A DNA stretch of 64,000 nucleotides from a virus (lineage: Duplodnaviria > Caudoviricetes): the IMG/VR virus record IMGVR_UViG_2636415851_000001, positions 8,418 to 72,417 of that record; one strand, given 5' to 3'. Made by a program: the position numbers and the translations under genes. The notes beneath the pieces are model-generated. The model did no database searches. It was not told where the DNA came from and saw only the letters and a list, made by a program, of their open reading frames with translations. Below, one piece after another: positions 9,216-19,183 of this stretch (position 1 is its first letter; the number at the start of each line of letters is the position of its first letter).

Positions 9216-9538
9216 GCGGGCGGACCCCTTGCATCAACCCGAAGTGCCGACGCACGGCCGATGCGGCGAAGTTTCCCGACGAGATGATCTGCGGCAAGTG
9301 CTTCAAGGCTCTGCCTCAGCAGCTGCGCGAAGATTTCAAGTTTGCGTGGAGGCAGTACCGCAAGTGGGACCGCCGCCGGATGAAAACGACCGACGAGCTC
9401 AAGCTCCAGAAGGTCCACTCGGTCATGGGTATGTGGGGGCGCCGCATCGACGCCACCTGGGTGGAGATCAAGAAGCACCTGACGGCTGACGAGAAGCCCG
9501 AAGGCCTCGACGCCTTCCTCGAGGAGATGGGGCTTTAG
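9212..9538 (+). CDS. hypothetical Zn-binding protein
   Basis: CINPKC...ICGKC; GTGA overlap with the upstream gene. Confidence 0.65.
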   Translation: MSGRTPCINPKCRRTADAAKFPDEMICGKCFKALPQQLREDFKFAWRQYRKWDRRRMKTTDELKLQKVHSVMGMWGRRIDATWVEIKKHLTADEKPEGLDAFLEEMGL

Positions 9539-9539
9539 C

Positions 9540-10643
9540 ATGCGGTTCTCAGACCAGTTCATCAACGACCTGCGGGACAGGATCTCGATCTCGGACGTGG
9601 TGGGCACCCGTGTAACCTGGGACCGGGCGAAGACCAGACCTCAGAAGGGTGATTATTGGGGCTGCTGCCCCTTTCATGGCGAGAGCCGCCCGTCCTTCCA
9701 CTGCGAGGACCGCAAGGGGCGGTACCATTGCTTCGGCTGCGGCCAGTCGGGCGACCACTTCAGGTTCTTCATGGATCTTGATGGCGTCTCGTTCCCCCGG
9801 GCAATCGAGATGGTGGCGTCGCTCGCTGGCGTCGGCCTGCCGGACCGTGAGGAATCGCCCACCGAAAAGCGCGAGCGCATGAAGCGCGAGGCTGACCGAC
9901 AGAGGCGCGACCAGCAGCGCGAGCGTCAGAACCAGCGGGAGCAGGAGCGCAAGGCGGAGACCGTGCGGTCCATCTGGCAGGGCGCGGTGCCGATCGCCGG
10001 CACGCTGGCGGAGGAATACCTGCGGTCCCGTTCGATCGAGATCACGGATTTCCCGGAAGGCACCGAGTGGATGCCGAGCCTTCGGTTTCACCCAGGCCTG
10101 AAGCTAGGGGACGAGCGGTACCCGGCCCTGATCGGCGGGGTGCAGTCCAGGAATCGGAAGCTCACCGCCGTGTGGCGGATCTTCCTGCGTCAGGACGGCA
10201 CGGTCCTGAAGGACGCGGACGGCAAGAAGGTGAAGCTCGGGCTGGGCCCTGCCGTTGGCGGGGCGGTGAGGCTCGGGCCGGTCGGCGAGACCCTGAGGCT
10301 CACCGAAGGCATCGAGACAGGACTTGGCGTTGCGCTGCTGACCAGCAGCAAGGCGTCGGTGTGGGCCACCCTGTCCACCTCAGGAATGATCAACTTCGAA
10401 ATCCCGGAAGGCGTGAAGCGCCTCGAGATCTACGCGGATGGCGATCGCCACCGCCTCAACAAGCGAACCGGCGACCTGATGGATCCGCCGGGCATTGCAG
10501 CGGCGAAGCAACTCCAGGAGCGGGCGAGAAAAGAGGGGGTGGAGGCTGTCCTCTTCCCATCCCCGGAGCCCGACGACTGGCTAGACGTATGGGTACAGAG
10601 AAAGAAAGATGAGCAACGATTCCGCACAGTCCAATATCGGTAA
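9540..10643 (+). CDS. DNA primase (CHC2 zinc finger + Toprim)
   Basis: CCPFHGESRPSF...YHCFGCG; LTEGIETG and IYADGD Toprim motifs. Confidence 0.92.
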   Translation: MRFSDQFINDLRDRISISDVVGTRVTWDRAKTRPQKGDYWGCCPFHGESRPSFHCEDRKGRYHCFGCGQSGDHFRFFMDLDGVSFPRAIEMVASLAGVGLPDREESPTEKRERMKREADRQRRDQQRERQNQREQERKAETVRSIWQGAVPIAGTLAEEYLRSRSIEITDFPEGTEWMPSLRFHPGLKLGDERYPALIGGVQSRNRKLTAVWRIFLRQDGTVLKDADGKKVKLGLGPAVGGAVRLGPVGETLRLTEGIETGLGVALLTSSKASVWATLSTSGMINFEIPEGVKRLEIYADGDRHRLNKRTGDLMDPPGIAAAKQLQERARKEGVEAVLFPSPEPDDWLDVWVQRKKDEQRFRTVQYR

Positions 10644-12021
10644 CAACAAGATCGAGCAGCTGGTGCTCGGCTGCATCCTCCTCAATGAGGAGAACTACTG
10701 GCACGTCAGCGACATCCTCACCATGGATCTCTTCGGATCCGAGGACCACCAGAAGATCTTCGCCATCATCCATGAGCTCGCCTGTGATGGGCGGGCCATC
10801 CGCGTCCCGATCGTCGCCGGCCGCATCGGCAGCCTCAGCGGGGGCAACGACCCGGAGGCATACACATCCATGCTCCTGCATGTGGCCTCCCGCGAGGAGG
10901 GAGGGATCCCGCTGCGCGACTACGCCTTCGAGCTCCGGGCGTCCGCCACGCGCCGAAAGGTGATCGCGCTGGCTGAGAACATGATCAAGTCGGCGGGCAA
11001 TCTCGCCTACGATCCAGACCAGATCGTCGACCGTGCCGCCGAGCGTCTGGCTGACATCTCACGGTCGGCCGCAATCGAATACGAGTCGACCGTCGCTGGC
11101 ACAATCCGGCAGATCTACGAGTCGGCGTCGGCCCCAGGCTCGGGCATGGCGCTGCGTCCATGCCTCATCGGGCTGGAGAAGATGGTCGGCTGCTTCCCGC
11201 AAGGCTCGCTGATCCTGTGGGGCGGGGCGCCGGGATCCGGCAAGACGGCGATGGCCATGCAGCAGATGCTGTTCTCCAGCACTGTGCACCCGACCTCGCT
11301 GTTCGAGCTGGAGATGGACAACAAGTCGCTGGTAGCACGCTCGATCGCCGGGCAGACGGGCGTCTCCATGCGCGACATCCTCCGGGGCTTGGACGAGCAG
11401 CAGATCGACGCGATGGTGGCGGCGCAGAAGCACTTCGCCGACCGCAAGCTGACCATCGTCTCGCCGTCGAAGATGACCATCCAGCAGGTGCGCAGCCGGG
11501 CCTATGCCCACAAGCGCAAGTTCGGCCTCGATCTCCTCTGCGTTGACCACCTGAAGCTGGTCGAGCGGCAGACCAAGACGCGCATGGACCCGGTGGAGAG
11601 GGCCTATGAAAACGCGCGTGACCTGAAGGCGCTGGCCAAGGATCTCGACTGCACCGTCATCGGGCTCTGCCAGTTCACCAAGGCGGCACGCCAGAAGGAG
11701 CAACCGGAACCGGAGATGGAGGATTTCTACGGCGGGTCGCTGGAAGAACACGCCGACATCATGCTCGCCAACTTCAACCGCAACGACTGGCTGAAGCGCA
11801 ACCCGCCCATGACCAACAAGGGGAAGGCGGCCGAGGATTATCAGGCAAAGCTCAGAACGAGCGAAGGCAAGATCGAGGTCTATAAACTGAAGGATCGCTT
11901 CGGCTCGCCGCGCGACCGGCACATCTTCGATTGGGACGGCAAGCTCACCCTCTTCAAGGACCAGATGGCGACGCAGACGTCGTTCCTGCCCGACGAAGAA
12001 TTTGACCCTGCAGATCTGTGA
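10609..12021 (+). CDS. dnaB: DnaB-like replicative helicase
   Basis: EQLVLGCIL N-terminus, GAPGSGKT Walker A, FELEM, CVDHLKL, GSLEEHAD, KDRFG. Confidence 0.92.
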   Translation: MSNDSAQSNIGNNKIEQLVLGCILLNEENYWHVSDILTMDLFGSEDHQKIFAIIHELACDGRAIRVPIVAGRIGSLSGGNDPEAYTSMLLHVASREEGGIPLRDYAFELRASATRRKVIALAENMIKSAGNLAYDPDQIVDRAAERLADISRSAAIEYESTVAGTIRQIYESASAPGSGMALRPCLIGLEKMVGCFPQGSLILWGGAPGSGKTAMAMQQMLFSSTVHPTSLFELEMDNKSLVARSIAGQTGVSMRDILRGLDEQQIDAMVAAQKHFADRKLTIVSPSKMTIQQVRSRAYAHKRKFGLDLLCVDHLKLVERQTKTRMDPVERAYENARDLKALAKDLDCTVIGLCQFTKAARQKEQPEPEMEDFYGGSLEEHADIMLANFNRNDWLKRNPPMTNKGKAAEDYQAKLRTSEGKIEVYKLKDRFGSPRDRHIFDWDGKLTLFKDQMATQTSFLPDEEFDPADL

Positions 12022-12031
12022 GGAGGGGACC

Positions 12032-12412
12032 ATGAACCAGTTCGATTTCGATACGGAGCAGCTCAGATCCGGCGGCTATATCGCAAAGCTGAGAACCGCC
12101 GGCGACGGCGACCTGAAGCCCATCCTGCAGGAAGGGGGGAGACCGATCATCTTCGGCAACGAGGTTGAGGCGCTGCGCTCCCTGCTTACCCACCTCTGCC
12201 GCTACGTTAATGGGCACCTGGTGCGGGACGGCGAGGTGGCAGGGGAAACGAGGAGCGAGGCGGAGGGAATCTTCAAGCCGGTGCTGAGGCAGAAGGGAAA
12301 GTCCAGGGTGATCACCGTGGCATACAAGGGGCAGAGACAGAGATGCGGACCAAGGAAACCAAGCGAGCAGCGAGACGAGTCACCAAACACGCTGACGGAA
12401 CCGTCTACGTAG
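12032..12412 (+). CDS. hypothetical protein
   Basis: MNQFDFD start after GAGGAGGGG SD. Confidence 0.65.
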   Translation: MNQFDFDTEQLRSGGYIAKLRTAGDGDLKPILQEGGRPIIFGNEVEALRSLLTHLCRYVNGHLVRDGEVAGETRSEAEGIFKPVLRQKGKSRVITVAYKGQRQRCGPRKPSEQRDESPNTLTEPST

Positions 12413-12711
12413 CATGGGTGCTGTGGCTGATCGGCATGTCCGAGCCGAAGATTGCGGCAGTGCTGCTGAAGCGGCCGAAGCAGATCTCGGGTATAGTCAC
12501 CCGGTCACCCTTCGCCAATCGCTCGGCCATGACGGACGGGCAGAGGCAAGCGGCACTGGACGAGCTGGCTTCGGTCAGGTTCGGGGAGGACGGCAAGCCG
12601 ATCGACGGCGGGATCCTCGACAAGGTGCCGATGAAGATCATCCCGCTGCAGGGCAAGCAGCGCAAGGCAAGGAGTAGCAACGGTGGCAACCGGACAGGGC
12701 ATTCTCGATAG
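12343..12711 (+). CDS. hypothetical protein
   Basis: 122 aa ORF in operon order. Confidence 0.6.
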   Translation: MRTKETKRAARRVTKHADGTVYVAWVLWLIGMSEPKIAAVLLKRPKQISGIVTRSPFANRSAMTDGQRQAALDELASVRFGEDGKPIDGGILDKVPMKIIPLQGKQRKARSSNGGNRTGHSR

Positions 12712-13498
12712 GCTGAAACGCGCCAAGGCCAGTGCCGATGAGGCGCCGCGGGGCGTCCTGCCGCTCGTGGCCTTCTACGGCAGGGACGAGGAGAGGGAGG
12801 ATATGCGGACCCGGATGTATCAGTCCGTCAGCCGGGTCATGAACGCGCTCGACGTGGGCGACGCGCCGAAGCCGCGGGGCGAGAACAGCCACCACCTGAT
12901 GCTCGACATGAACGACGCCGTCACCTTCCTCAATGCAAGCTCGAGTCCTGTTGAGTATCTGGTGTCGCGCGGCGAGCTCGAGCTTGAGGGTGACGACGCC
13001 GGCATGGGTGGCATGCGCTTCCACACGGCGCTGCGCTTCCGCGATCTCGTCAATGGTGCGCAGGTAAAGGGACTGAAGTCTCCCTCGCTGGAGGGGACGG
13101 GCGGCGGTGGCGGTGTGGCGACCGACATAAGGGGCTACCAGCTGGACTGCATCAACCTGATCGGCAAGATCCGCAAGGGAATGCCGGAGCCGTGGATCTA
13201 CCCGATGATGGAGGCGGTAGTGTTCATGGATGAATGGCTCGATCTCGGGCCGGAGAGGGAGTCCCGCGCCGTGAAGCGCGAGACCCTGGCAAAGCGAAGG
13301 CTGAAGACCCTGCATGCTTTGCATTACGCGCTTGACCGGACGGGGGTCGTGCTCGGCTACATGGCCGAAGACGATTTCATGCAGCGGTGGCCGGACGGGG
13401 TTCCTGCTTTCCCGCCATCAGTTCGTCGTCGTAGTCAGGAGTCCAAGGCTGCAAACCAGCTCGCACTGCTGACATTGCCAGCCTCTCGGCGAGCGTAA
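12683..13498 (+). CDS. hypothetical protein, possible late-gene regulator (Q-like position)
   Basis: Last gene of the replication operon; SPSLEGTGGGGG linker followed by a helical C-terminus. Function inferred from position only. Confidence 0.6.
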   Translation: MATGQGILDRLKRAKASADEAPRGVLPLVAFYGRDEEREDMRTRMYQSVSRVMNALDVGDAPKPRGENSHHLMLDMNDAVTFLNASSSPVEYLVSRGELELEGDDAGMGGMRFHTALRFRDLVNGAQVKGLKSPSLEGTGGGGGVATDIRGYQLDCINLIGKIRKGMPEPWIYPMMEAVVFMDEWLDLGPERESRAVKRETLAKRRLKTLHALHYALDRTGVVLGYMAEDDFMQRWPDGVPAFPPSVRRRSQESKAANQLALLTLPASRRA

Positions 13499-13631
13499 GC
13501 TCACGGCGGCCGGTGAAAGTTTGGCTGGCGGTGGTGGCGCTGTCGATGCCGATCTCGCCGGCCGCCTTGCTGACCTGCTTCTGGTTAAAGCCCATGCGGG
13601 CCACCCAAATGCGGAAGTGGTTGGTGCTCAT
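13377..13631 (-). CDS. small HTH protein
   Basis: MSTNHFRIWVARMGFNQKQVSKAAGEIG HTH-like; AGGAGA SD. Confidence 0.65.
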   Translation of the reverse strand: MSTNHFRIWVARMGFNQKQVSKAAGEIGIDSATTASQTFTGRRELTLAERLAMSAVRAGLQPWTPDYDDELMAGKQEPRPATAA

Positions 13632-14077
13632 GTCTTCTCCTGGCATTGTTCGGTGATGGTCTCGGCGATGCGGAAGTTCTCCTCGCTGTGAGCGATGAGC
13701 CTGGCGGTTACGTGGACGGAGTGCGGGATGTCCTGCTCTCCGTCCAACCATTTCATAACCCGGGCCTGAGGCACCCCCACGATCTCCGCAAAATAGGTGG
13801 GTGTGATGTTGATCTCGTCCAGCAAAACTGCGAGCTCGGCGCCGGTGAGGCGGACGTAGCCACCAGCCTTGCGGGTGTCGACCGTGCGGCTGTCGAAGAG
13901 GCGGATGACCGCGTCCTTGGCAGCGGACTCGGCTGCCGCCTCAGTCGGGAAGAGCTTCACCCCGCCACTATCCCGGACGAGATCCGGGACGAGGCCAGGC
14001 AAGGCGAATTGTGCGGCGAAGCGATCGCCGCGGGGGAGTGCCTTGGCGATAAGGCGGGATGCGGGTTTGTTGCTCAT
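13628..14077 (-). CDS. protein with C-terminal HTH
   Basis: LTGAEL...ITPTYFAEIVGVPQARVMKWLDGEQDIP; start MSNKP after AAGGA SD. Confidence 0.7.
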   Translation of the reverse strand: MSNKPASRLIAKALPRGDRFAAQFALPGLVPDLVRDSGGVKLFPTEAAAESAAKDAVIRLFDSRTVDTRKAGGYVRLTGAELAVLLDEINITPTYFAEIVGVPQARVMKWLDGEQDIPHSVHVTARLIAHSEENFRIAETITEQCQEKT

Positions 14078-14103
14078 GACTTTCCTTGCTTCACTCAACG
14101 GGG

Positions 14104-15660
14104 TTACCACCGCATGCTGTTCTGCTTGCGGCCATCCTTCCAGACTCTGATCATCAGCGTGTTAACGTAAGTGCCGACCTCGGCAAAGGAGCCGGTCGGG
14201 AGGTCTTGCCATTCCGCCTTCATCTTGGCCATCAGCTCGCGGAAGGCGATCGACTTCTTCGTCTCCCGAAACTCCGTGCCCGCCGACATGATGGCGACGA
14301 GGCAACCGTCGGGCTTCAGGAAGTCGAGCGCGTGGACGACATGGTCGATGTCACGCTCCCGGTCGAAGGGCGGGTTCATGACGATGCGGTCATAGAGCCG
14401 GGCCGGATCCGGCTGCACCTTGAGGAAGTCAGCGCAGGTCACCCGCCCGTAGATGCCGGCCGCTTGAAGTTCGTGTGCCAGGTGCGGCTGGACCTCGATA
14501 CAATCGACGAGATTGTCGAAGCGGTACTCGTTCATGTAGCGATCGCGGCCACCCGACCAGTTGTCGAAGGCGGCAGGGGTGGTGATGCAGCGACGGGCGA
14601 GGTTGCCGGTGCCGGCCGACGGCTCGAGGATGCGCAGCTGCGGCTCCTCCTTCTTCCGAAGGAGAGAGATCTTGCTGATCAGATTGTCGGCTGCGGAGTC
14701 AGGCGTCGGGTAGAAGCCGAAGTAGCGGGCCGGCGTCGTCTTGACGTTCTTGAGGGGATCCTCTTCCTTCGTCATGCCGTCGCCGATCACCTCGCCATAG
14801 TGCTCGGCCAGGATCTTGTTGATCTTCTCGACGAGATCCTTGCGGGTGAACCACAGGTGGGCATTGCCGTTCTTGAAGATGCGGATCCGGAAATAGTCTC
14901 CCTCATGCTCGCTCTGGTGCGGCGTGAAGCGGCTCGTTCTTTCCCTGTCGATCTTGGCAACGATGCTGGCATACTTCGCCTTTGCAGGCTTGCCGTCGAG
15001 GACCAGGAATGTGCGCTCAACGTCGTAGAGAAGATCGACCTTGCCGCCGAAGCTCCTGAACCAGCCATCACGATCCACGATGTAATCGAGGATCATGCGA
15101 GAGCCGACCTTGAACCCGTCATGTGAGCGGAACCTTCGGTCCAGCTTCGTGAAGACGTTGACGATGCCGCGGCGGAAGATCATCTCGGCGTCGCCCTGGA
15201 AGCGGTCGAGCGTAGCGTAGATGTTCTCCGGGGTGACAGGCGGCAGCATCCGGTCGATCTCGTCCTGATTGATGATCTCACCGTCCCGACCTCTGCGTTC
15301 GGGAACATACTTCATCTGCGACCGCAGCTCTTTCTTCGCTTGCGCGTCCATCAGCTGCTCGATGCCGGCCATGTCTATGACGTGGGTCCAGACAGTGACG
15401 TCGATCAAGCGGCGAGCAGTGCGTAGGTAGCGATCGCGGTCAGGAAGATTGACCGCGTTGTGGAAATGGCTGATCTCTTCACGGCTGTCCGACCAGTCGC
15501 CGGGCTTGCCAGGTGCAGCGGCTTCCCAAAGCGCGCTGGCTTGGGCGACGGCCTTGGCAGCCTCCTCAATCTTCTCGAAGGCGAGCTCGTAGTGGCGTAT
15601 GGCCTCGTCGCGGAAGGCGCAGACCTGTTCGACGGTGTGGGTGGGGACCAGTGCGTTCAT
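14104..15660 (-). CDS. N6-adenine DNA methyltransferase with DUF4942-like N-terminal domain
   Basis: FYPTP, ILEPSAGTG, IVMNPPF; N-terminal region with FRIRIFKNGNAHLWF. Confidence 0.88.
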   Translation of the reverse strand: MNALVPTHTVEQVCAFRDEAIRHYELAFEKIEEAAKAVAQASALWEAAAPGKPGDWSDSREEISHFHNAVNLPDRDRYLRTARRLIDVTVWTHVIDMAGIEQLMDAQAKKELRSQMKYVPERRGRDGEIINQDEIDRMLPPVTPENIYATLDRFQGDAEMIFRRGIVNVFTKLDRRFRSHDGFKVGSRMILDYIVDRDGWFRSFGGKVDLLYDVERTFLVLDGKPAKAKYASIVAKIDRERTSRFTPHQSEHEGDYFRIRIFKNGNAHLWFTRKDLVEKINKILAEHYGEVIGDGMTKEEDPLKNVKTTPARYFGFYPTPDSAADNLISKISLLRKKEEPQLRILEPSAGTGNLARRCITTPAAFDNWSGGRDRYMNEYRFDNLVDCIEVQPHLAHELQAAGIYGRVTCADFLKVQPDPARLYDRIVMNPPFDRERDIDHVVHALDFLKPDGCLVAIMSAGTEFRETKKSIAFRELMAKMKAEWQDLPTGSFAEVGTYVNTLMIRVWKDGRKQNSMRW

Positions 15661-15692
15661 GATGTTCTCCTTGGTGCCATGGGCGGCGGGTT

Positions 15693-16754
15693 TCAGGCGG
15701 CTTCCTTGCGGGCCTTCTCGTCGAGTAGCCCCGCATAGCGCTCGTGGATGCTGTCGACAGTGAGGTGGTGAGACGTGAAGCCGTAGATCTCGGTGACTTG
15801 ATTTCGGACGGAGGCGAGGATCTCTGCCTCATCATTCGTCAACATGCGGGTGGGCCAGCCCTTGACGTAGAGCATGGGCTTGGTGATCTGCCCTTCGATC
15901 TCCTTGCGCAGCGTGGCTCGATGCTTAGCCAGTTGCAGCGCCTCCCGTTCGTCGGAAGTCAGGAGGTGAGGAGCGACGTCGCCCAGCCAGCGTGACCCCT
16001 GAAATGCAAAGCCACTCTCGGACTCGAGGCGGACCATGCGGCGATAGAGCTCGTGGCTTTCCGGTACTGCCGTGGCAGCCGTGAGGTCGGCGATGTTCGA
16101 CATGATGCAGAAGCGGCAGGACACCCGCGTCATTCCGTGGACGCGGTACGCCGGGTGTGGAGTGAGGCCGGAGCGATCGATCATCCCGAAGACATCGTCG
16201 GTGGTGAGCTCGATGATCGGGCGCCACGTCCAGACCTGGCCGCCGGCATCGCTGTCGGCCACCGACATGCGGGCCCTGGCCGCGCTCTCTTCTCGGCGGA
16301 CGCCGATCACATTGAGGATCTTCTGTCCTTTGAACCTCGATTTCAGATCCGCCATGATGACGTGCGTCTTCAGTTCGGAGGTGCAGAATCGCATGGCCGG
16401 TGTGGACCAGCAGGGGACGAGGGTGACGGTGCTCAACGTCTCGTAGCGCGTCTTGCTCGACAGCCACCGGCTTTCCCAGCGCTCCATCAGGCCACCTGCC
16501 TTACGTCGGACGACAACGAGATCGCATTCGAGGTGGTCGGCCAGCTCTTGGCAGACGCGCAAGCTATCGTCCCACTCGACGGTGCCGAGATCCGCATGGA
16601 CCAGGATGCGCGGCCCCTTATGATCGAGGGCATTCAGGTAGTGGAAGGTGGCGATCGCTGCCGCCTGGCTGTCCTTACCGCCCGACACACCGATGGCGAC
16701 CGGTGCGTTCGAGGCAACGAGGGATACGATGTCGTCGGTGACCGAGACAGTCAT
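15693..16754 (-). CDS. phosphoadenosine phosphosulfate (PAPS) reductase family protein
   Basis: VSGGKDS PP-loop, RFCTSELK, GVRREESAAR, WRPI, HPAY, RVSCRFC. Confidence 0.9.
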   Translation of the reverse strand: MTVSVTDDIVSLVASNAPVAIGVSGGKDSQAAAIATFHYLNALDHKGPRILVHADLGTVEWDDSLRVCQELADHLECDLVVVRRKAGGLMERWESRWLSSKTRYETLSTVTLVPCWSTPAMRFCTSELKTHVIMADLKSRFKGQKILNVIGVRREESAARARMSVADSDAGGQVWTWRPIIELTTDDVFGMIDRSGLTPHPAYRVHGMTRVSCRFCIMSNIADLTAATAVPESHELYRRMVRLESESGFAFQGSRWLGDVAPHLLTSDEREALQLAKHRATLRKEIEGQITKPMLYVKGWPTRMLTNDEAEILASVRNQVTEIYGFTSHHLTVDSIHERYAGLLDEKARKEAA

Positions 16755-16810
16755 GGTGTTCTCCGTGTGCTCATAATTGAGGGGGTGGGGGAGGCGCTTT
16801 TGCGCCGCCC

Positions 16811-18025
16811 TTATTCTTCCTTCAGCTTTGCGACGACAGCGCGCATCTCTTCCATCGCGGCAATCCGCTCCGGGGTATAGGCGAGGGAGGTGACGACCTT
16901 CTCTGCTGCTTCGAGGAGGGCTACGTCACCTGCCTCGATCATGTCGGCCGCTTCCTCAATGTCGGTCGGGAAGTAGTGGCCGGCGGCATCGATCAGGCTG
17001 TGGCGAAGTATCCTCGCGTAGTGACGCAGGCAGTCGACGACGAAGGGGATCTTCACGCCATAGGCCTCGCGGGCAATGCCGGTAGGCGGACCACCCTCCC
17101 TCGATAGGGGTGATGGGTGGCACTGGCACCCGCTGACCGTGCCGGTTGAGCAGGCATCGCAGATGTAAGGCAGATCCACATTCGGCACGGGAGCGCTGGC
17201 GATTGCAGCCACCTTTGCAGCGCAATCGGCGCAGTAAACGGACCCAACGCCACCTGCTTCGAAGCGCTCGGTTGCGGGCTTCTCGCAGCCATCGCTCGCA
17301 CACATATGTGGAACGGGAGGTGGAGTGACGAGCGGCTTGATCGCCTCGATGATTGCGGCGATCGCTTCATGGTCGAGGTGCAGTCTCCCCTTGCCGGCCC
17401 ACCACAGATAGACGCCCTCATGGGGGGCGGTATGTTGCGTGGCCTGCTCCAGTTCGGCGACGAGCTGGCGGACCCAGCCCCGGCTCAAGGAGGATAATCC
17501 AGACCGGAATGATTGGGTTGCTGGGAGAGATGCTTCCAGGACGGCCCTGGCCTCATCGCGGAAGCGCGGCCTGTCATGGACGCTGCTCCATTCATCGCCG
17601 GCCAGCGCAATGGCGCCGGCTTCCACCGCCGCATCCGTGATGGTCGACCCCGACCCGGGGTGAGGGATGTTCGTGGTGACGAGACCGCCGTCCTTCGATG
17701 CGCCGTGAGTGACGACGCGAGCCGGATGGTAGCCGGTGCTGCTCCCGCCTCTCGCAGTGGAAGAAACGTCGTCCTCTTCAGCGTGAGGTTCCACCCGCAC
17801 CCCGACGGCAGGGTTGGGTGCGTTGCCGGACACCACTCGCTCGTGAGGGGTATTGGCATAGACTTCCACGGGCCCGGTGATGGGGATGAGGGGCACGCGA
17901 GAGGCAGCCATCTCGCAGTCCTGAAGGTACCGCTTATGGATCTGATCGTACCAGTACACCGAGGGCTCCTGGCCGTAGGCCTCGACCAGCGACATGAAGG
18001 TGCGCTGACGTGTATCGTCTGTCAT
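16811..18025 (-). CDS. hypothetical mosaic protein
   Basis: 404 aa with several short Cys clusters; AAGGAGA SD. Confidence 0.65.
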   Translation of the reverse strand: MTDDTRQRTFMSLVEAYGQEPSVYWYDQIHKRYLQDCEMAASRVPLIPITGPVEVYANTPHERVVSGNAPNPAVGVRVEPHAEEDDVSSTARGGSSTGYHPARVVTHGASKDGGLVTTNIPHPGSGSTITDAAVEAGAIALAGDEWSSVHDRPRFRDEARAVLEASLPATQSFRSGLSSLSRGWVRQLVAELEQATQHTAPHEGVYLWWAGKGRLHLDHEAIAAIIEAIKPLVTPPPVPHMCASDGCEKPATERFEAGGVGSVYCADCAAKVAAIASAPVPNVDLPYICDACSTGTVSGCQCHPSPLSREGGPPTGIAREAYGVKIPFVVDCLRHYARILRHSLIDAAGHYFPTDIEEAADMIEAGDVALLEAAEKVVTSLAYTPERIAAMEEMRAVVAKLKEE

Positions 18026-18065
18026 TTCAGTGTTCTCCTTGGTTCATGATTGAGGGTGGGGTGGG

Positions 18066-18320
18066 TCAACTTTCGGCGACACCGTCCAGCTTGCGAAAGA
18101 CGCTGCGGATGTCGCTTTCGAGATCGCCGTGCGGATCGTACCACTTGCCGTCGAGGCGGTCGCGGATCCGCTGCAGTGCTTCTGCCGCCTTGTTGACCGG
18201 GATGCCGTAGTGGATGCCGCACTCATGGCACTGCACTGCCACGACGAGGCCACGCGCCCCTCCCGTTGGGGAGCGGCGACGTTCGGCGCACGCATGGCAC
18301 TTCGGTTGATGTGTCATCAC
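18066..18320 (-). CDS. hypothetical Zn-binding protein
   Basis: CHAC...CHEC; AAGGAGA SD. Confidence 0.65.
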   Translation of the reverse strand: MMTHQPKCHACAERRRSPTGGARGLVVAVQCHECGIHYGIPVNKAAEALQRIRDRLDGKWYDPHGDLESDIRSVFRKLDGVAES

Positions 18321-18371
18321 CCGTCTCCTTTGTTGAACATTGCAGGAATGGAAAGGGGCGCCGCAGCGCCC

Positions 18372-18686
18372 CTAGAACAGTAGTTTGTAGAAGCCGTACC
18401 ATGCGGCCAAGCAAAAGAGCCCGGCCCCCACCAGCATCTTGAGGCGTGTGGTAGGGCGCCATGGCCCGCGATGCTTCTTGTCCATAGGCATGTCGTGTCT
18501 CCGAGTTGGGTTGGGCTGCGAAGCGCTGCGCCACCCACCCTGCTCGAAGCCGCACGAGCGGCAAGTCACCTTGTCGACGGACACCCTCCAGCCGATGATG
18601 GAGAGCCCGTTCATGACGACGTCCGAGGACGAGCACTCAGGGCAGCGCACCTCTATCTTAAAGTTGGTTGCGTTAATTATGTCCAT
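18372..18686 (-). CDS. hypothetical Zn-ribbon protein with C-terminal hydrophobic helix
   Basis: CPEC...CRSC; C-terminal MLVGAGLFCLAAWYGFY. Confidence 0.55.
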   Translation of the reverse strand: MDIINATNFKIEVRCPECSSSDVVMNGLSIIGWRVSVDKVTCRSCGFEQGGWRSASQPNPTRRHDMPMDKKHRGPWRPTTRLKMLVGAGLFCLAAWYGFYKLLF

Positions 18687-18691
18687 ACCAG

Positions 18692-19183
18692 CTACCCCTG
18701 CGGGATCGGGGTCGGCGTCTTCTGCCGGCTGACCGGCTTGAAGCGCCCCCTGTTCCGGTAGATGCCATCCGACAGGTTGTCGAGGACGTACCAGCCAGAC
18801 GTAGTGAACACGATGAGGACCATGTGCTTCTGGCCGAGCGCTTTCCCGCGGCCGAGCCTCATCGAGGTGACGGGGATACCGGCTTTCACCAGGCGGTCCA
18901 GCTTGGTGACCGCGAAGTCGTCGCAGTCACCCTGCCGTCCGCCGATGGTCCAGGTGTCCAGCTTCCCATCCGCCACCCACACCATGGAGCCGTTCACAGA
19001 CTTGTTCACCTCCTCCAGCTTGGCGAGGTTGATGTCGGCCTCATGGAGAGGCGCCGTGTAGACTGACGTGTAGTACCAGGCACGCGGTCCAGCGACGGCG
19101 CTGCCGCCGAACGCAAGCCAGGCTGCGATGCCTATCGCTGCGCACCGAACGATGGCGGCGCGTCCATATCTCATGCTGTTCAT
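18692..19183 (-). CDS. transglutaminase-like cysteine peptidase (BTLCP / peptidase C93) with signal peptide
   Basis: GDCDDFAVTK..L...GIP...MRL...HMVL...YVLDNL gives the Cys-His-Asp triad; hydrophobic N-terminus ending SAVA. Confidence 0.85.
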   Translation of the reverse strand: MNSMRYGRAAIVRCAAIGIAAWLAFGGSAVAGPRAWYYTSVYTAPLHEADINLAKLEEVNKSVNGSMVWVADGKLDTWTIGGRQGDCDDFAVTKLDRLVKAGIPVTSMRLGRGKALGQKHMVLIVFTTSGWYVLDNLSDGIYRNRGRFKPVSRQKTPTPIPQG

